Source: Podarcis cretensis (lineage: Eukaryota). Taken from it: DNA of 64,000 bases. The stretch covers positions 48,112,001-48,176,000 of the forward strand of contig OX638152.1 of NCBI GenBank assembly GCA_951804945.1, written 5' to 3'. The notes beneath the pieces are model-generated. The model was not told the DNA's origin, did not search any database, and was given only the letters and a program-made list of their open reading frames with translations. Below, piece by piece: positions 63,301 to 64,000 of this stretch; the stretch's first letter is position 1; every line of letters begins with the position of its first letter. The position numbers and the translations under genes are program-made.

Positions 63301-64000
63301 ACAAAGATACACCCTCTCATACTTTTCCATTCCTTTATTTCATTCCTTTACCATATAGCCATGTGCCAAAGAAACAGCTTAATGCTAAACATTCATGGAG
63401 TGTGACAATAGGTAATACAATAAAACAGATTACAACCATACCTTTCTTTCACAGCAGTGGTGCCAAGCACAGGTACACTGTAGCAATCAATTTGTTCTGC
63501 AGACAGTAAGGCTTTCATAGAATACTAATGCAAAATCTCTTTTCTTTCTCCTTCGACTTTACTCCCCAATGCCTGGGTCCCAACCAATACCAGGAGGAGG
63601 GCGGAATGTCTTCTGCTGAGATAACCACAACTACTAATCAAGTATACGTGTACAAGGGCACAGGATTAAGCCTCCACCAAGCTTGACTCAGCCACTGAGA
63701 GTAGCTAAACACATGCACAGCAAGGTCAGAAAACACACACCTACTTGAGTGAACTAATTCATCATACTTTACTATTGATGGCTTTTTACCTCAGGGAATT
63801 AAAATTACTTCCTAGCGAGATGTGAGGATTTGGGCACAGGAGCAGCCAACACTAATTCTCTTTTCACCAAAATGACAGGCGGTGAAGTGTGTTTTCTGTG
63901 CAGAATGGTTGACAGTTTTGAACCTAAAAAGTATTAGTAATTCCAGAAAAGCATAAATTAAATGAAAGTATGCTCCTAGCATCAGAACTGACGTTAACAG

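Noticed and set aside
63790-63923. Second candidate 5' exon (ctaatactttttag|GTT ... GAG|gtaaaa)
   Set aside because: Short polypyrimidine tract and mediocre donor; cannot be distinguished from chance without RNA data.
1-64000. Perfect palindromic estrogen response element (GGTCAnnnTGACC)
   Set aside because: Looked for because NRIP1 is estrogen-induced; none found by eye, only half-sites.

Overview
Vertebrate genomic DNA, almost certainly a squamate and most likely a lacertid lizard (Sauria SINEs with ACCTTT tails, a Squam3-type SINE, and squamate CR1/L2/L1 and MITE families). The only protein-coding sequence is NRIP1 (RIP140, nuclear-receptor corepressor), a single-exon CDS on the minus strand (38553-42062, 1169 aa). 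It has an inferred ~5 kb 3' UTR ending near 33540, a uATG-rich leader behind a splice acceptor at 42414, and a candidate upstream exon at 52073-52257. Positions 42.4-64 kb are probably 5' intron; 1-33.5 kb is downstream intergenic DNA rich in MITEs, LINE fragments and LTR-like elements. I see no prokaryotic-type system and no second gene. The most interesting unexplained signals are regulatory: a dense cluster of nuclear-receptor direct repeats at 2.0-2.4 kb, tandem splice acceptors that could include or skip 11 uATGs, intronic XRE/AP-1/NF-kB and DR0/ERRE sites, and Pumilio and miR-30 sites in the 3' UTR. All were read by eye and none is validated. Comparisons with mammalian NRIP1 and repeat-family names are from memory, and the ends of old repeats are approximate.
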